Assembly (NCBI GenBank): GCA_017654855.1 | Contig: CM030337.1 | Location: 1,488,001-1,552,000 of the forward strand | Source of the DNA: Podospora anserina | Taxonomy: Eukaryota | Length of the DNA: 64,000 nt | Direction of reading: 5' to 3' | In this document: in pieces, positions 13,557-28,200 of the stretch | Position numbering within the stretch: position 1 is the first letter of the stretch | Layout of the letters: each line of letters begins with the position of its first letter | The notes under the pieces: model-generated | What the model was told of the DNA's origin: nothing | What the model saw: only the letters and a program-made list of their open reading frames with translations | Database searches by the model: none | Program-made: the position numbers and the translations under genes

Positions 13557-15572
13557 AGGAATGACCGTGAAGGAAATCCGGACCAGCGCGTGCAAATGGC
13601 CTTGGAGCATATTATGCAGGTGCGGGAACACGAGGAACGAGTTCGTGAAGAGCACAAAAGGGAACATGGGCGGCCTCATCTTTAGCAAGCCTTCCGAGGC
13701 TCTAAAACAACGGAGGTTAACCTGAAGAAAGCAGAGACAGTTAGGGGCGTTAGATGACGATGTCACGAATTGGAAGGAGGTGACGCGTATCTTGACCGCC
13801 CACGTCTACAAGCGTGCTGCCTACCTCGACGAACAGCTGGCGACTGGTATAAGATGGGTTCTCTTTTAATTGTGTACGGGCATGGCCTACTCCCAAGAAA
13901 AGCGGGCAATTTTGGAACAGCGGACGGTGGTGGTGGCATAGTTCTTAAGAAAAAGGTTTTGTCGATAATGGCATAAAATCAGGGGTAGGGACGGAAGGAG
14001 TGTCTGGTGGTGATTTTACCTAGGCAAGGAATGAGATGATAGGAGTATGGGACAGAGGTTGGTGAACGATTAACCACTGATCTGTGGTGATTTTTGGGCC
14101 TCTTTTCTTTCTTTGTGAAGTCTAGTACTACTACGTTTTCTGTTTGGTGTGGATGTTGTCTGAACGGTGTGCTGTGTGGTTTAGCAGTATGTAGTAGTTG
14201 TTTGATTGGTACCTCCTACTTTGAGATAGCGCGAGGCTAAGGGAAGCGAGGGGGGGTTGAAAGTGTAGGGTTATGTTTTCTGTGAGGGGGTTTAAAAGGT
14301 GAAGGGCGAGCAAGGAGGAGCGTTGAAATGATGAACTAGCAGCGTTGCTGTTGTGACTTGTGTTGCTGAGGGGGGAATCAAGCGAATAATGAAGATGAAA
14401 AAGAATTTACAGTGAGCCGGGGAGCATTGTGAAATCTTTGTGGCATAGTGATATGGAACCTGTGTTGTTGCCTTTTCCAAGATGGCACTTTAATAAAGAA
14501 GACTACAAAATGAAGCGAGAAGTACAAAAGAGAAGTGTGCTGTTGTGAGGAAACAGCAGCATGGAAAAAGATATGGTTTTGATTTCGTCCAGGCTCGAAC
14601 TGGAGACCTTCAGTGTGTTAGACTGACGTGATAACCAACTACACCACGAAACCATTGGTTGTTGTCAAAAATAAGTGGTGGAAGATTGGTACATGTGGAG
14701 AATGTTGCGGTGGGGGCGTGATGGGTGGAGAAAAATGGGAGGCGATGAGACGATGGATAAAGAAATCCGGGGATGTTCGTGGGAAGTGTTTGAAGAGGTA
14801 GCCTTGGGCTGTTGGAAAGATTCAACTCCAGAGAGAAGGTGCTGGTCTCTTTTGGGTGGCTATTGGGCACCTTGAGGGTCTTGCCGTTGATAAGGCAAGC
14901 GGCAAAGCGGCAAATGACCTGTGGCACCATGGAGCTCTTCACTCAAGACGCCGTCTCAAATGTGATTACGATGCAGTCAACTGCAATAAACATCATGCCA
15001 TGGGAGAATTGAACAAGTCAAAGAAATAGAAATCCCCAGAATCCCCAGCTCGGGATGGCGGAAAGGCGTGTAAGTGGCCGGCCGGTCTCGGCAATTGGGC
15101 CCCCGGCCCAAGCAATCGCCAATCAGTGAGCTGGTCCCGTGCCTGGGCGACATCGCGCCTGTTGCCTCGGCATGTGCTTGCTGGGTTCGCCGTCACCAAC
15201 CACTCGCACTCGACTTGTCGAACGCCTCTGCTTTCTCTGCGGTTCTACGACTGCAACATTAAAGAACCAGGGCGAGTTTCTGGTAAATTTTCAACAAACC
15301 TCTCCGCTGCAGTGTTTAACTGTCGGGCTTTGAGTGGCAGATGGTGATAGTAACGTCATCAATTGTCGATTCAACGCATCACTAAAGAAACAAATAACAT
15401 CCATTGACCTAGCAACCCAAACGACAAAGACATCATTGAATAAACGTTTAATTCCAACGAACCCGATTCAGTATAATACCTCCTTTCGCACGCCTCGATT
15501 TCCGAACCAACAACCTCTTCTCTACCGATAAACAACAACTAAACCTCACCGGGCTCCCATCAACAACAAACC

Positions 15573-18531
15573 ATGCCCCGCCCAACCCAAACCATAACCC
15601 TCCCCATCCTCCCCCTCCCCCCAGGCGCGGTTCTTCTCCCGGGAGTAATCCAACGAATCTCCGTCTCCTCCCTCCGCCCCGACGTCGCCTCCCTCCTCGC
15701 AGCAGTCTACACCCGCGCCGCGGCCGCCTCCACCTCGTCCAGCAAATCCGGCCCCAGCGGAAGAATAGACACCATCCCCATCGCCTGCCTCCCCCTGGCC
15801 TCCCCGCTGATCAACTACAAGGGTCAACAGCTCCTCCTCCAGAAAGAAGACTCTCCATCTACACCACCCCCGAAAATCGACCCCTCCAAAGCCACCAAGA
15901 ACGACCTCTTCCCCTACGGCGTCGACGCCAAAATCACGGGTATCGAAGGTCGTGGAACGGGGGAGTTTACCCTCCTAGTCGAGGGCATCTGCCGCGTAAA
16001 GCTAGAAAAAGCCTGGACCAACACCGAAAGAGGCTTTCTCGAGGGCAGGGTAATCGACCTCGTCGATGATGCAACCGAGCTTGAAAAGGGCGGGGTGGTG
16101 CTCCAGGAATTGTTTAACCACCTCAAAATGCTGAGTCGGGAGTTGGTTGCGATTCTTAGGTTGACTGCCATGTTGCCGAGATCTGGTCAGCAGGGTTTGT
16201 CGCCTTTGTTGGCTAGGAGACTGGATCTCTTTATTACACGGCAGAAGCAGCCGGGGGCGTTGGCGGACTTTATGGCGAATATTGTGGAGGCTAGTTATGA
16301 GGAGAAGTTGATGGTGCTGGCGGCGGTGGAGGTAAAGGTGAGGGTGCAGAGGGTGATTGATTTGTTGGATAGGCAGGTGAATGGGTTGAAGAGGGGGATT
16401 AAAATTACGGCTATTAGCACGACGGGGAGTGGGATGTTTCCGTTTTTGGATAAGGGGAAGGAGGAGGAGGAGAGGGAGAGGTTTAGGAGGGGGGGGACGA
16501 TTGTGCCGGTTAAGGGGGGGTTGCCTGGGGTGGGGGGGTTGCCGGGAATGTTTTCGGGGGGGCAGCAGCCAAAGGGGATGATTGGAGGAGGGGGGCAGGA
16601 TGGGGAGGATCAGGAACCGAATGAGATTGAGGAGTTGGCCAAGAGGCTGGAGGCTGCGAAGCTTTCGCCTGAGGCGGCCAAGGTGGCGGAGAGGGAATTG
16701 AAGAGGCTGAAAAAGATCCATCCCGCGCAGGCTGAGTATGCTGTTACGCGGACATATCTGGAGACGCTGGCGGAGATTCCGTGGACGGTTACGACTGATG
16801 ATCGGCTGGGACCGCATACGCTGCCGAGGGCGAGGAAGCAGTTGGATGAGGATCATTATGGGTTGGAGAAGGTCAAGAAGAGGCTGCTGGAGTACTTGGC
16901 GGTGCTGAGGTTGAAGCAGAGTGTGAATGAGGAGGTTGACAAGGAGATCAAGAAGGTGGAGGAGGAGCTTGGGGCCGCTAGTGCCCACAGTGACACTAAG
17001 GAGGCGGAGGAAGCGGCCGAGAAGGCTGCTGATGCAACTACTGCCCTGGAGGAGAAGATCAAGGCTAATAGTGCCAAGGTTGAGATTCTTCGCAGCAAGA
17101 GAATGGTTGATAAGTCCCCCATTCTTTTGCTTGTCGGCCCCCCAGGTGTAGGCAAGACCTCCCTTGCCCGCTCCGTCGCTACAGCCCTCGGCCGCAAGTT
17201 CCACCGCATCTCCCTCGGCGGCGTCCGCGATGAGGCGGAAATCCGCGGCCACAGAAGAACCTATGTCGCAGCCATGCCAGGTCTTATAGTGCAGGGCCTC
17301 AAGAAAGTCGGCGTGGCGAACCCAGTCGTCCTGCTCGACGAAATCGACAAGATTGGCGGCTCCAACCACCACGGCGACCCCTCTGCTGCCATGCTGGAAG
17401 TTCTCGACCCGGAGCAGAACCACAACTTTGTCGATCACTACATCAACATCCCTATTGACTTGAGCAAGGTCATGTTCATTGCCACAGCCAACAGCCTGGA
17501 TACCATCCCGGCGCCGCTGCTGGACAGGATGGAGACGATTTACATTCCGGGGTACACCACGTTGGAGAAGAGGCATATTGCCATGCAGCATTTGGTACCG
17601 AAGCAGATTAGGGTCAACGGGTTGAGGGAGGAGCAGGTTGTTTTTACGGAGGAGGTGGTGGGGAGGATCATTGAGAGTTATACACGGGAAGCGGGGGTCA
17701 GAAATCTGGAAAGGGAGATTGGGTCGGTGTTGAGGGGGAAGGCGGTTGAGTACGCGGATGCGAAGGATGCGGGACACCCGGAGAAGTACAATCCTGTGCT
17801 GACGGTGGATGATCTTGAGCGATTCCTCGGCATTGAGAAGTTTGAGGAGGAGATTGCGGAGAAGACGAGCAGGCCAGGGATTGTCACGGGCTTAGTGGCG
17901 TATAGCTCGGGAGGGAATGGGAGCATCCTGTTTATCGAGGTGGCGGACATGCCGGGCAGTGGAAGGTTGCAACTCACGGGTAAACTGGGGGATGTGCTGA
18001 AGGAGAGTGTGGAGGTGGCGCTTACGTGGGTGAAGGCGAATGCGTACGAGCTTGGGCTGACGCAGAACCCGGGGGAGGATATCATGAAGGGGAGGAGCAT
18101 TCATGTGCATTGTCCTAGTGGAAGTATTCCCAAGGATGGGCCGAGCAGTGGGATTGCGCAGGCGGTGGCGATGGTTAGTTTGTTTAGTGGGAGGGCGGTG
18201 CCGCCTACTATGGCCATGACGGTATGTCTTTTCTTCTCTCATTCTACGCAAGACGCTAACTTTCTCTGTCAAGGGCGAAATCTCCCTCCGTGGCCGCGTC
18301 ACTGCCGTCGGTGGCATCAAGGAGAAACTTATTGGTGCGTTGAGGGCGGGAGTCAAGATTGTGTTGCTACCTGCGCAGAACAGGAAGGATGTGAAGGACT
18401 TGCCGCAGGAGGTGAAGGATGGGTTGGAGATTGTGCATGTGGAGCATATCTGGGAGGCGATACGGTTTGTCTGGCCTGATGCGGAGTGGCCGGTGGATAG
18501 GAAGGGTGTTGCTGTTCAGAGTCGGTTGTAA
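15573..18531 (+). CDS. Peroxisomal Lon protease (LONP2/Pln type); exons 15573-18221, 18274-18531
   Basis: LON N-domain, Walker [10 protein letters not shown], Walker B LLDEIDK, catalytic PKDGPSSG and GGIKEK, and C-terminal PTS1 -SRL. Intron GTATGT..GCTAAC..AAG. Confidence 0.95.
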
Positions 18532-19106
18532 GAAAGGGGTGGTCATGATGATGGATGATGAGGCATGGCTATTATGGGTACATATGTGAGCGGAGTTTGT
18601 TTTTGTTTTGCTTTTGAGGGGAAAGGGGGAAGAGTAAGATAGCGTGTATTGGTATTGTAATTGAGATATTTTTCATGGTTTTTATCACGAGGAGTTTCGA
18701 GGGCGTCAATGAGTGGAGATTATGATCATAGGTTGTGAGGTTCATTGATTATTGTCCACTTTTGATATCAGGGTTAGATGTTCTCATCACCAACCAGGGG
18801 TCGTAAAATTCCGGGTTATGTATGGCCTACGATCAGGGGGCCAGATTCAGGGGTAGGGTTGATCTAGACTAAAACAACAACAAACAGTTGGTTTCTCGAA
18901 CCTCTCCCTCCCTCCACTTTCCAACGTGACATGGAACTGCTGCAGAAGACATGTGTGTACGTACCTACCTACCTTGACCTACATATGCATTACGCATCCT
19001 GTGGCGGCGTCGCATGCAATGCAATGTAATGTAATGTGGATGTATGGTACTAGGTTACTAGTTACTTAACTTTTTCGCTGCGGTATTATGTAGTGCAGAC
19101 TGACAC

Positions 19107-19258
<152 letters not shown>

Positions 19259-22200
19259 GGAAGCGGCGGAAGAAGAAGCAAGCTGAACTTGCTAGGGGGA
19301 AGGTTAAGAGGAAGGGTGGTACTGCATTTTTTGCATGGATGGGATTTTGTTACACTGCTTGGGAGGTACCCTTGTTTTTTTCTCTCTGGACTTTTGGCAT
19401 CCTGCTGGGCTGTGTGGTGATGTATAATTATAATACCTATTTGGGGCACTCACTGATGGTTGTAGTAGCGTGGGTTTTGGTTTCGAGGTTTGATGGTTAA
19501 GATTGGTATTTTAATAGCTCTGTTGATGTGAGATTCAGTGGGTGCAATACAAAGTCATGAAACGAAGGGAGCACGGAAACACGCGGATGGTCTGTGTACG
19601 ATATATTAAATTCTTTTTTTTTGTGTATGTGTGTGTGTGCATGTTGTTTTTGTTACTTGCTTACCCAAGGTTGCAAAGGGTTACGGTTACCGGAAAAATG
19701 TCTCAGTTGTTGGTGCCAATGAAGGGGGAGGGATTTAGGGGTGGTTGGGGTGATGTGGTGTGATGACGAGGTTATGCTGTGGCGAGGCGGTGTATTGTAG
19801 TTAGGTAGCTGATTGTCAATATGTCAGTTTTGGGGATTGTTGGGGTTTTGGAAAGAGTGAGTATCTGTGTCTGGTTGAGGGTTGTGAGGCAAGTTTCCTT
19901 ATCTTTTGATGGGTTTGATAGTGCTGCTTAGATGGTAAAGATTGATTTGGATAGGGGCGTATGGGGATCGGTTTTGTATAGTGCAATGAGTGTTTTTGAA
20001 CTACTTGGTTGCCTACACAAGGAAGTGTTTCAGAGTTCCACGTTGACAATGCATCATCTTCATGTGTCTATTTTGTCTGTTGACATGTTGTATTATCTGG
20101 TGCTTTGGTACCTATAACGCTTACAAGTAAAGCTTGTTGCCCTGGCGACTAAGACAACTAACACTGAAATGTTGGTGCTTGAGCAACTCCCTTCTTACCC
20201 CTGAATTAGCCCATGAGGTCTCCAGGCCACTTTATTTGAGACCTGGGAATAGACAAAAGAAGTAGATCGCTCCGGAATGTCAGGTAGGGCTCTTACAGGT
20301 GCCTACATGGCACGATCTTTCTTATCATGCGGTGATCACGGCCGTTGGCTCTGTAACTCATGGACACCAGGATGGGGGCTACATGTCAATTTCAGCGTTG
20401 TATACACGTTCTTTCTGCAAGCTCATGCCGTGCCATCATTGAACCACATTTCCCATCTGATCTGCGCAGCAAGCCGCCGTCGCTAACACTGGGAGATCAA
20501 GACATCTTCGGAAGGGTACTGGAGAAAAGAAAAGTGAATCTATGTGGAAGGGTGATACAAGAAATGGAGAGGGGTATTTATCTCCTTCTTCTGCGATCTG
20601 CCGAAGCCTTTTCCTTCTCTTACTGCTTCGATTGGGAGAGGGACTTTGTTGCTGGCGGAATTGTGGAACACCGTTTCCAACTAGGTTAGGCGATACGAAG
20701 TGGTTGGTAGTTGGCTGGTATCATTGGGTTGTGGCTTCGTTGTCTTTTTGACATTACTATCGTTACCTACATCGATGACTGGATCTCCGGCTGAGCGAGA
20801 AAAAATTCCCGGTTGGCATAGAAAGCTGGGTAGTAGTGTGGACTTGTCATACAGGTGGGCCTGGGGACTGGAGGTTGGAAAGGGGATTGTATCTCTGCAT
20901 GCATTGTACTGCCTCTTGAGGGCCCTTAGGTGGAAGTCTGCTGTATATCAAGTCTATTCGAGTTACATGACATCAATTACACATGAATTCATCTCTTCCT
21001 TCAATACTCCTAGAAACATCACATTCCCCCCTGTCTTTCATCGGACCTCTCACCCTCCAACCCGCCTCCGAACACGCCCAAGTCGTGTAGTCACCCGCCG
21101 CTCAACCCTCGGCACCGATTACCACCAACCCACACCCGTCCAAATCTCCAGCTCCAACCAACCCAATCCCGTCCCGACCGTCAGGTTCATGGCACCCAAC
21201 GATAGGCTCTCCATCCAACACTCTTTGTTTCCGGGTCTGGATGCGGGTAAGTTGAACGACGGGTACGGGTGTTACCAACAACGGCGGACTGGAACCTTTT
21301 CACGAAGCGGATATAGAACCAAGTTGCCGGGATTGTACGGAATCTTCTTTTTTTGACTGGGACAAAAGATTAAGGTTACATTGTCATATCCCTGGAATGA
21401 TATTCTTGGGGTACGGATTCGCGGCCCTTTGGGAATATATACTGGGCTTTGCTTGCTTCATATGTGTGTGTGGTGGGCGTTGCAATGAGGGAAATAATGT
21501 TACACTCATCTGGTGTTGCTTTATCTTGGTCAGCCCGGTCTTTGCTACTGCTCCTGATTGATGATGTAACTGATCAAACTTGGGCATCCTTCTTACTGTC
21601 TACCTGCGGCAACTGTAGCCGGAGAGAAAATTGCTTCCTGCTCAGGGTTCCCTGTCTTTTTTGTCTTGAGCAAGTTATCTGACCTTGTTTCGTGATGGAG
21701 TCATGAAAGGTACCCAATCCCGGCTGTAAACAGGGAAAGACATGTCCTGCAAGAAAGGAAACGGAAGCAAGGAGTTAATCTCGCCGTGGTGGTCAAGCAA
21801 GAATATACCGCGCATCTGGCGGAGGTCGCGGGCTAAAGTACCGTGAAATCATCGTGTACTATTTCCAGAACACATTCCCCTCGCTTCTGCGTGGGCCTCT
21901 CGGGTTGAATATAGCGTCTCACCGATGAAGGCCATGTCAACCGATCGAGACGGACGAATGAATGGCAACTGATCCGTGGATCGAAGCGGGAAGAAAGTGG
22001 AAAGCCATGGTGGTTCAACGGGATGAGGAATGCTTGTTGTCAACCTGGAAGGCAGCTGGGAGTATGGGGTGGTAGTCAGTAGCTGTTTGCTGATACTCCA
22101 ATCCCCCGTTGATCAGCTCCATGATATGATGGCATGATCCTGAGTCCCAGAGTCCATTACCCATGAAAATCATAATCCTCATGTCATCCTCACTCATCAT

Positions 22201-25200
22201 GCACCAAGCAAGCAGTTGCAGGAAAGAGCTGCATCTTCCCAACATTCTGCCCAAATTTAGGGAAATTTTCCAAGGAGAATATTCTCCGTCGGAATAAGCA
22301 CCCGAGCCGTGAGAAAAAAAGAAAAAAGCCTTGGCCTGCGTTTTTGAATACCCTTTCTCCTTCCTATAATTGTCTCATCAGCAGGTAGAGATCCACCAGT
22401 CATCATCACAGTGAGGTAGCCAGTCAGTCATATCCACCGGACAACCTGCAAGCTCAGGGCCAGACCAGCCTTACAACACCCTCCGACTTTCCTACTTTGG
22501 CCAAGTCAAGCTCTCCCTCCTCCTCATGGAGCATGCGTGGCACCCCATTCTGGTAAATACCTTGTAACGCAAGAATGCTACCCTCTCCCGCCTCAGGACC
22601 AATGCAGCCGAGATTAAAGGACACAACGGCGTAGATCTGCGAACCGCATGCATAGGTCAGGGCGATCATATAAGGCCTCATACACTTAAGACTGCAGCTA
22701 TTGGATGAGCGAGACTCCAACAAAAATCACTGGGCGGCTCTTGAAGCCTTTTCGCTGTGCCATTTGTGTGTGTGTGTGTGTTATCCTTCAATCCCAAAAG
22801 TTGACCAAGTGCCAGGTAAGATCGACCTCCTAGGCGGGGAGATCTCTTGTCAGATCTGAGCATCTAGGCCCTTGTTTTTACCCCTTGGGCCGTGCGGTCT
22901 TTACCACCTCTTATCCCCTTTTTATATCCGGGGTTGAGCAAGAGAAGATAAATAACTTATCGTCACCTCAGGGTCAACGAGCGGATCCTCCCTCCCCCAT
23001 CCCCCCATCACATCTGACGCAGCCCAAGAGCTTCTAGATGGATGACGGGACACATTTGCGGGATATGTTGCCGCCCAGCCAAAAGTCAAGTCATAAAAAG
23101 GGGGGGCCAGCATTTTGACAGGGGAGGCAGCCCCCAAGAAAAAACCCAGGGTTTGAGTAGTAGTAGAAGAAAGCGAACCCGTCAGTGTGTACATAGAAGT
23201 TCCAGGATGCTGCCGTGTCATTCTGGGTTGTTGCGTGGTGGAGTGGTAAGCACAAAGCGCCGTTGCATCGCGAGCGGGTCTTCCGTCTGTTAGAGCAGAA
23301 TCTGGGACAAGACCAAAGCCGTTCGCAGTCGCTACCAAAGGTTGCAACCCTACGGAGCTGGCCCTCAACCAGCATCCGTGGATGGTTACTTTTTCATCCC
23401 ATCTTTTCTTCCGTCCCGTTTCGCAGGAGCAAGCAGGAATTTGTCTGTGGGTTGCTCGCCCCAAGCACCCCAAGCACCCCAAGCGCTCGGCGATGGATCC
23501 TGCCGCGGAACCCCCTTTCGTCCGATGTTGACGTGATGGTTTCGGCAGGTTTTCCACTACACACACCTTCTCTCGAGGAGGCCTGATGATGATATGTACT
23601 GAGATTTCTTGAAAGGCCGGTCCAGTTGACGTTCAAATTCCTGGAAGAAGGAGCATGATCTGCAGCGACCTGGTGGCGCCGAAAAGCAAGCTGCAAGCAA
23701 TGCAGAAGCGAATGCGGGACTGGAAAATGCTGGAATAGGATGGGCAATGACGGGGGTGGTATGATAGCCCTGGGGTCTAGAGCTTTGAGTATCAGATGAA
23801 AAGTCAAAGAGTATCTAGATCCATCAGACAACGTGTGGTCTTGACATGTGATCGGTTATCAGATTAGTTGGCGCACTCCGGACTCAGTGACATAGCAAGC
23901 AAACTGGGAGGGTATCCAGACTCGGAATGAGCCCCGTGGTGATGGGTAAATTTCCCGGCCACGAGGAGACAAGGAAAGAGAAAAGAAGATTTGACGGCGG
24001 TGCCCGGTGGCCGACGGGAAAGCTCATGGTTCCCCACACTACATGGGCTTTTGGAGCAAGGATGAGAGAAGTGAAGATAGAACCAATGGGTCCAAAAGTC
24101 CTATCATCAACTCTTTTTGCTCGCAAATGATGGTCGACGGCTCTGGCAAAGAGGTACAGAGTGCTGACGGAAGACAGTGGTTCCGTGTCGAGGGGCACAT
24201 AGCCCTGGACGAGCTGAAAGCTGACCCTGACTGATACCAGTGTCCTACAAGAGGTCTTTCTGGAGTCAACACACCATTGTAATTTCTTCCTGCGGCAGGT
24301 ACAGCAGTCACAGACGGGACGATGCACCGTGATAGCAGTGATAGAGGGACCGTTTGTGGACATCCGTCATGACAGCAAAGACAAAGAAGTCGAAGCTACC
24401 CTACATGCTGCCACTGGCTACCCAGCATGCAATTTGGGGAAGGATCGTGTCGATCTCCCATCGATCAAAGAAATGTTCCATTCTCTGTCTCTGCCCTGTT
24501 GACGTCGATAAGAGACAAGACCGGACGAGCCCAACCGAGGCTACGCGAGACAAGACGATACGAGACGAGTGCAACCGTCTGTGGGGTGCACAGCGCTTCG
24601 ATGGGGAAATGCAAGATTGCAGATGGACCCGTAGAACCAAAGAGGCATCCATTTCATCGCTTCTGTCGACGATGTATTTTTCAACGAGCAGTGTCGTTCG
24701 GACGCTTTTCTCAAGTTCCAATTCTTTCGGCGACTTGCCCAGCCCAACTTGATGCTAAAATGGCCCCTGCATTCCCCGAAGGTAACCTCTCGACGCAAGT
24801 CTGGATTACCTCGGAGAACGGAAAGTGTGATGATTGGCGGGGTGTCAAGTCGGCGGGGGACCAGCTACAGTAGTGTATGCAGACTGAGAAAGATGCTGAT
24901 AACTGGTGATGGGGCGGACCAGTTTTCCCCTAGGCGTCCGCATGAGCACCGGTAGACATGGCCAGTAACTGAGATCAGGGTGTTGGTGTTGATTCTTTTT
25001 CCCAAGTGCCGAGCTGGGCAAATAATAGTGCCTTTGCCCAGGTTCGTCATGCTTGCTGTTGATACAAAAGTCAAGTTTGATCAACGACAGGCGCCAAGCT
25101 TCCAGACACTGAGAATCATGGAAGCGATTTTCCATGGCCAAAGCGCCGTGGTTCCCCCACATCACTAACTGCAAACGGGCGCTTGGTGCTACCGACGCCT

Positions 25201-28200
25201 GTTCGGCCGTTATTTGCGTGTTCGCGTCTTTCTTCGTAGCGTACAGAGCACTACCGGAGCTTCAGGACGGGCCCGACTCGGCACGTCCCCAGTTCGTATA
25301 TCTCCGAGACTTCCAGACGTCCTCCGTCCGTAGCCATGACCTGTCACGACCAACGCAGGTAACCGAGGCATCTCGACCTTGAATCCTTGAAGAATGCGAC
25401 GTGAAGCTCATGGAGGTGACAGCATGATCCTCGGCAGAGAGCTTCTCCGGCGTGTTGTTGTCAAAGGACAGTGATGAGAGTGGCATCTGCTGCTCCAAGA
25501 CACGCACCCACGAAGGGCCACACGATGCTCCCTGTAACCCCTGACTTATATTAGCCCAATTAAAGGGAGCAGTGGGTGATCTTGCCGTCGTCCGTCGGGT
25601 GTTGTCGTCTGGGCCCCGGCCCCAGGATGTGACATGGGATCTGATCAAATCTTGTTGATGCTCGGGTGGCCCCAGCTTGCGTCTTGGGGATCGACGTCCT
25701 GCACGATGTTACCCTCTTTGGCTGGCCCACGGGCATGTCGCACCAGACCCAACAAGGAAATCAATTAAAGTTTAGGGGTTGATGACTTACACGTACTTTA
25801 TCTTGACTTCGCGCCCACCCACCCCCAGATATCCGCGCTAGAAATCCATACTGTGGAGGATAATGCCTCCCCTTCCACATGATGCTTCCACAGGTGTTCA
25901 TTGCGCCGGACGCGCACCGTTGTGCGTGCTTTCATCTCGAGGTCTGTGCCTTTTTCTCTGCCAGGACATCCTGTAAAGAACAGCACCGGCGTGGAAAATG
26001 CTAAGGAGCCACTGGGGTGCCAGGGGGAGCACCACCATGACGGAACAGCATGCCACGCCCGCAATTTGTGCGCGCCGTGGAGGGGCGATCTGCCGTCCAA
26101 ATGAGAGTTCGCAGCACACGGTTTACCGACCTGTACCTGCCTCTATTGGGGCAAAGCAATCAGATTGTTGGGCGAACTCCTGCCGCACATATGCGCGTGA
26201 GTTGGGATGACGAGATTTGTGTGCTCAAACCGATGGAAGATGTTCGTGCTGTGTAACCAGCTTCCAATCGACTGAGACACCGTCTGCAGCTTTCATTGGT
26301 CGATTTTTGTGATTCGCTCCTGCGTGCTCCGGAGCTCTGGTGAAGTGCCATACTGGGAGTGGTGGGGTGGTTCAACCACCCTCAGCAATCCGACCTGATT
26401 TTTGTTCCGAGCTTCCAAGGTTGGTGTAGGTGGTCGGATGCTTCTAGGTTCCCTCCTCAGCAACCCGGAATCCCCTCTCATCCTGAGACGGCCGCCGACG
26501 TTGAGGTCTGACTCCCCGGAGAGGGCCCGGCTGTCCACCGTCGCCGTGCTTCGGAAATTTTGTGACGGCGGGGAGATCAGATAAAAGCGGTAAGGCTAAT
26601 GTTAGCGCATGTAGGGGACAGCTGCTCGGCACGCTCACGGCGGCTCCAAAACGGAAGAATGTGGCCACGGGATGGGCCTTCTCTTGATTGTGGGTGGGAG
26701 CTGCTTCTCATTTAGAAATCCACCCGCCCAAACGGCTCGCTTCCCGAGTCGAGCGTGCTGCAGGCAACGCATTGCCTGGCCGAATTGGGAGGGGCATGAT
26801 GTGTAACTCAAAGACCGGATGAAATGTGATGGACACCGGGACATTGGAAAGATCAGACGACTCGGTTAGGGCGAGGTTGGCAGAGAGGAGAGAGGGGTGC
26901 ACCGGTAAATCTTCGAGGAACCCCCGCCCACGCCGTCGGGAATCGGGATCCGTACGATAGCGGCCTCGCTGCCAGGATGGGGGCAAGGTGGGTACAGCAA
27001 AAAAGGTGTAACCGCCTAGCACTGCAACGCAAACGGTCACTAATGTAGCAGATGATGAAAAGATGCAAAGAGGTGTAAAGACTTTTCTTTGAGGGAGACG
27101 AAGAGCAAAGCGGAGATAAGCGTACCTATAGCATCGTCGATAACGCCCATGATCACCGTCAACCCAAGACAAGACCCCCTCCAAACTTGACACAGCATGA
27201 ACTCGGGAGATCCTTGGTGATGCTGTTGACGAAGGAGATTAGATCAGACTGTACACGATGGGTACACCACCTCGCCGTGGACCTGAGCGAGATGTCGTCA
27301 CAGCGGGCTGCTGCAGGTGCATATCCGCACACCCCATTTCTTCCAAAGCTGAAGAAAAGAACTTTTGATGTGCCCGTGGCGCTGACACATTCGAGGCACG
27401 GCCATGTAGGGTTTCAGAAGGGTGCATGTACTGGAGGTCAGCCTTGCACATATCACCCTCTAAATTGGTCCTGCTCGATAAAATACCTCACGACGTGCCA
27501 CATCTGGGGTAATTCCTGTCAAAAGCTGCGCGCCAAGATGAGGAAGTTGAGGTAACTCTTAATTACATTGATATTATTACCACAAGAGCATGCCACCACG
27601 GTGCCTTTACCAGTCTCCCAGTGCACTGCTGTACGGGTTTTTGGTAGCGGCACCTAGGTTGTCCCCCCATGCTCTGGTGCCCGGGTCCTTGTCAGGGGAG
27701 CTCGTGCTTGCCGGCATACCCCTCCAAGATCTCATGTTGGTGGTTCCTTCCGTCCTGGGACCGAAATGTCAAATTCTAACGGCAACTGTGACCCAGCTGT
27801 CGATAACCGGGGCAAGAACGGCCGTCCTACCCGTAATACTGGAAGGAGCAATCCATCACCTGAGCTGTCACCCCAGATTACTCCGTATCTACGTACACTA
27901 CTCTTCCCCGGATCGGCTCCCAGCGAGACAGGAATAGCTTTACTCACGTCTGGGTCCCTCCTCATCTCGCGCCAGCGGATCAAGATCATCGACATCCGGC
28001 CCCACCCCCGTCATCTCGGCGGCACTCGGAAGATAGCTCTTGTGGGCCCCTGTTGCGCATCCGTTCTGGATTTCCGGGGCAGGCCAACTCCAGACGGGAG
28101 TCTTGATACGGGACACGGACGCGTTGATGAACGTGCGAAGCTCCCTCTCTCTCTCAAATCTCAGTGCTGTCACTAAAAGAGACGATACAGCGGAGCGGCC

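Noticed and set aside
16002..17777. 591-aa minus-strand ORF
   Set aside because: Antisense shadow of the Lon CDS caused by codon bias; no recognisable domain.
20700..21356. 218-aa ORF in the gene-poor region
   Set aside because: No recognisable motif or splice support; cannot be distinguished from a chance ORF.
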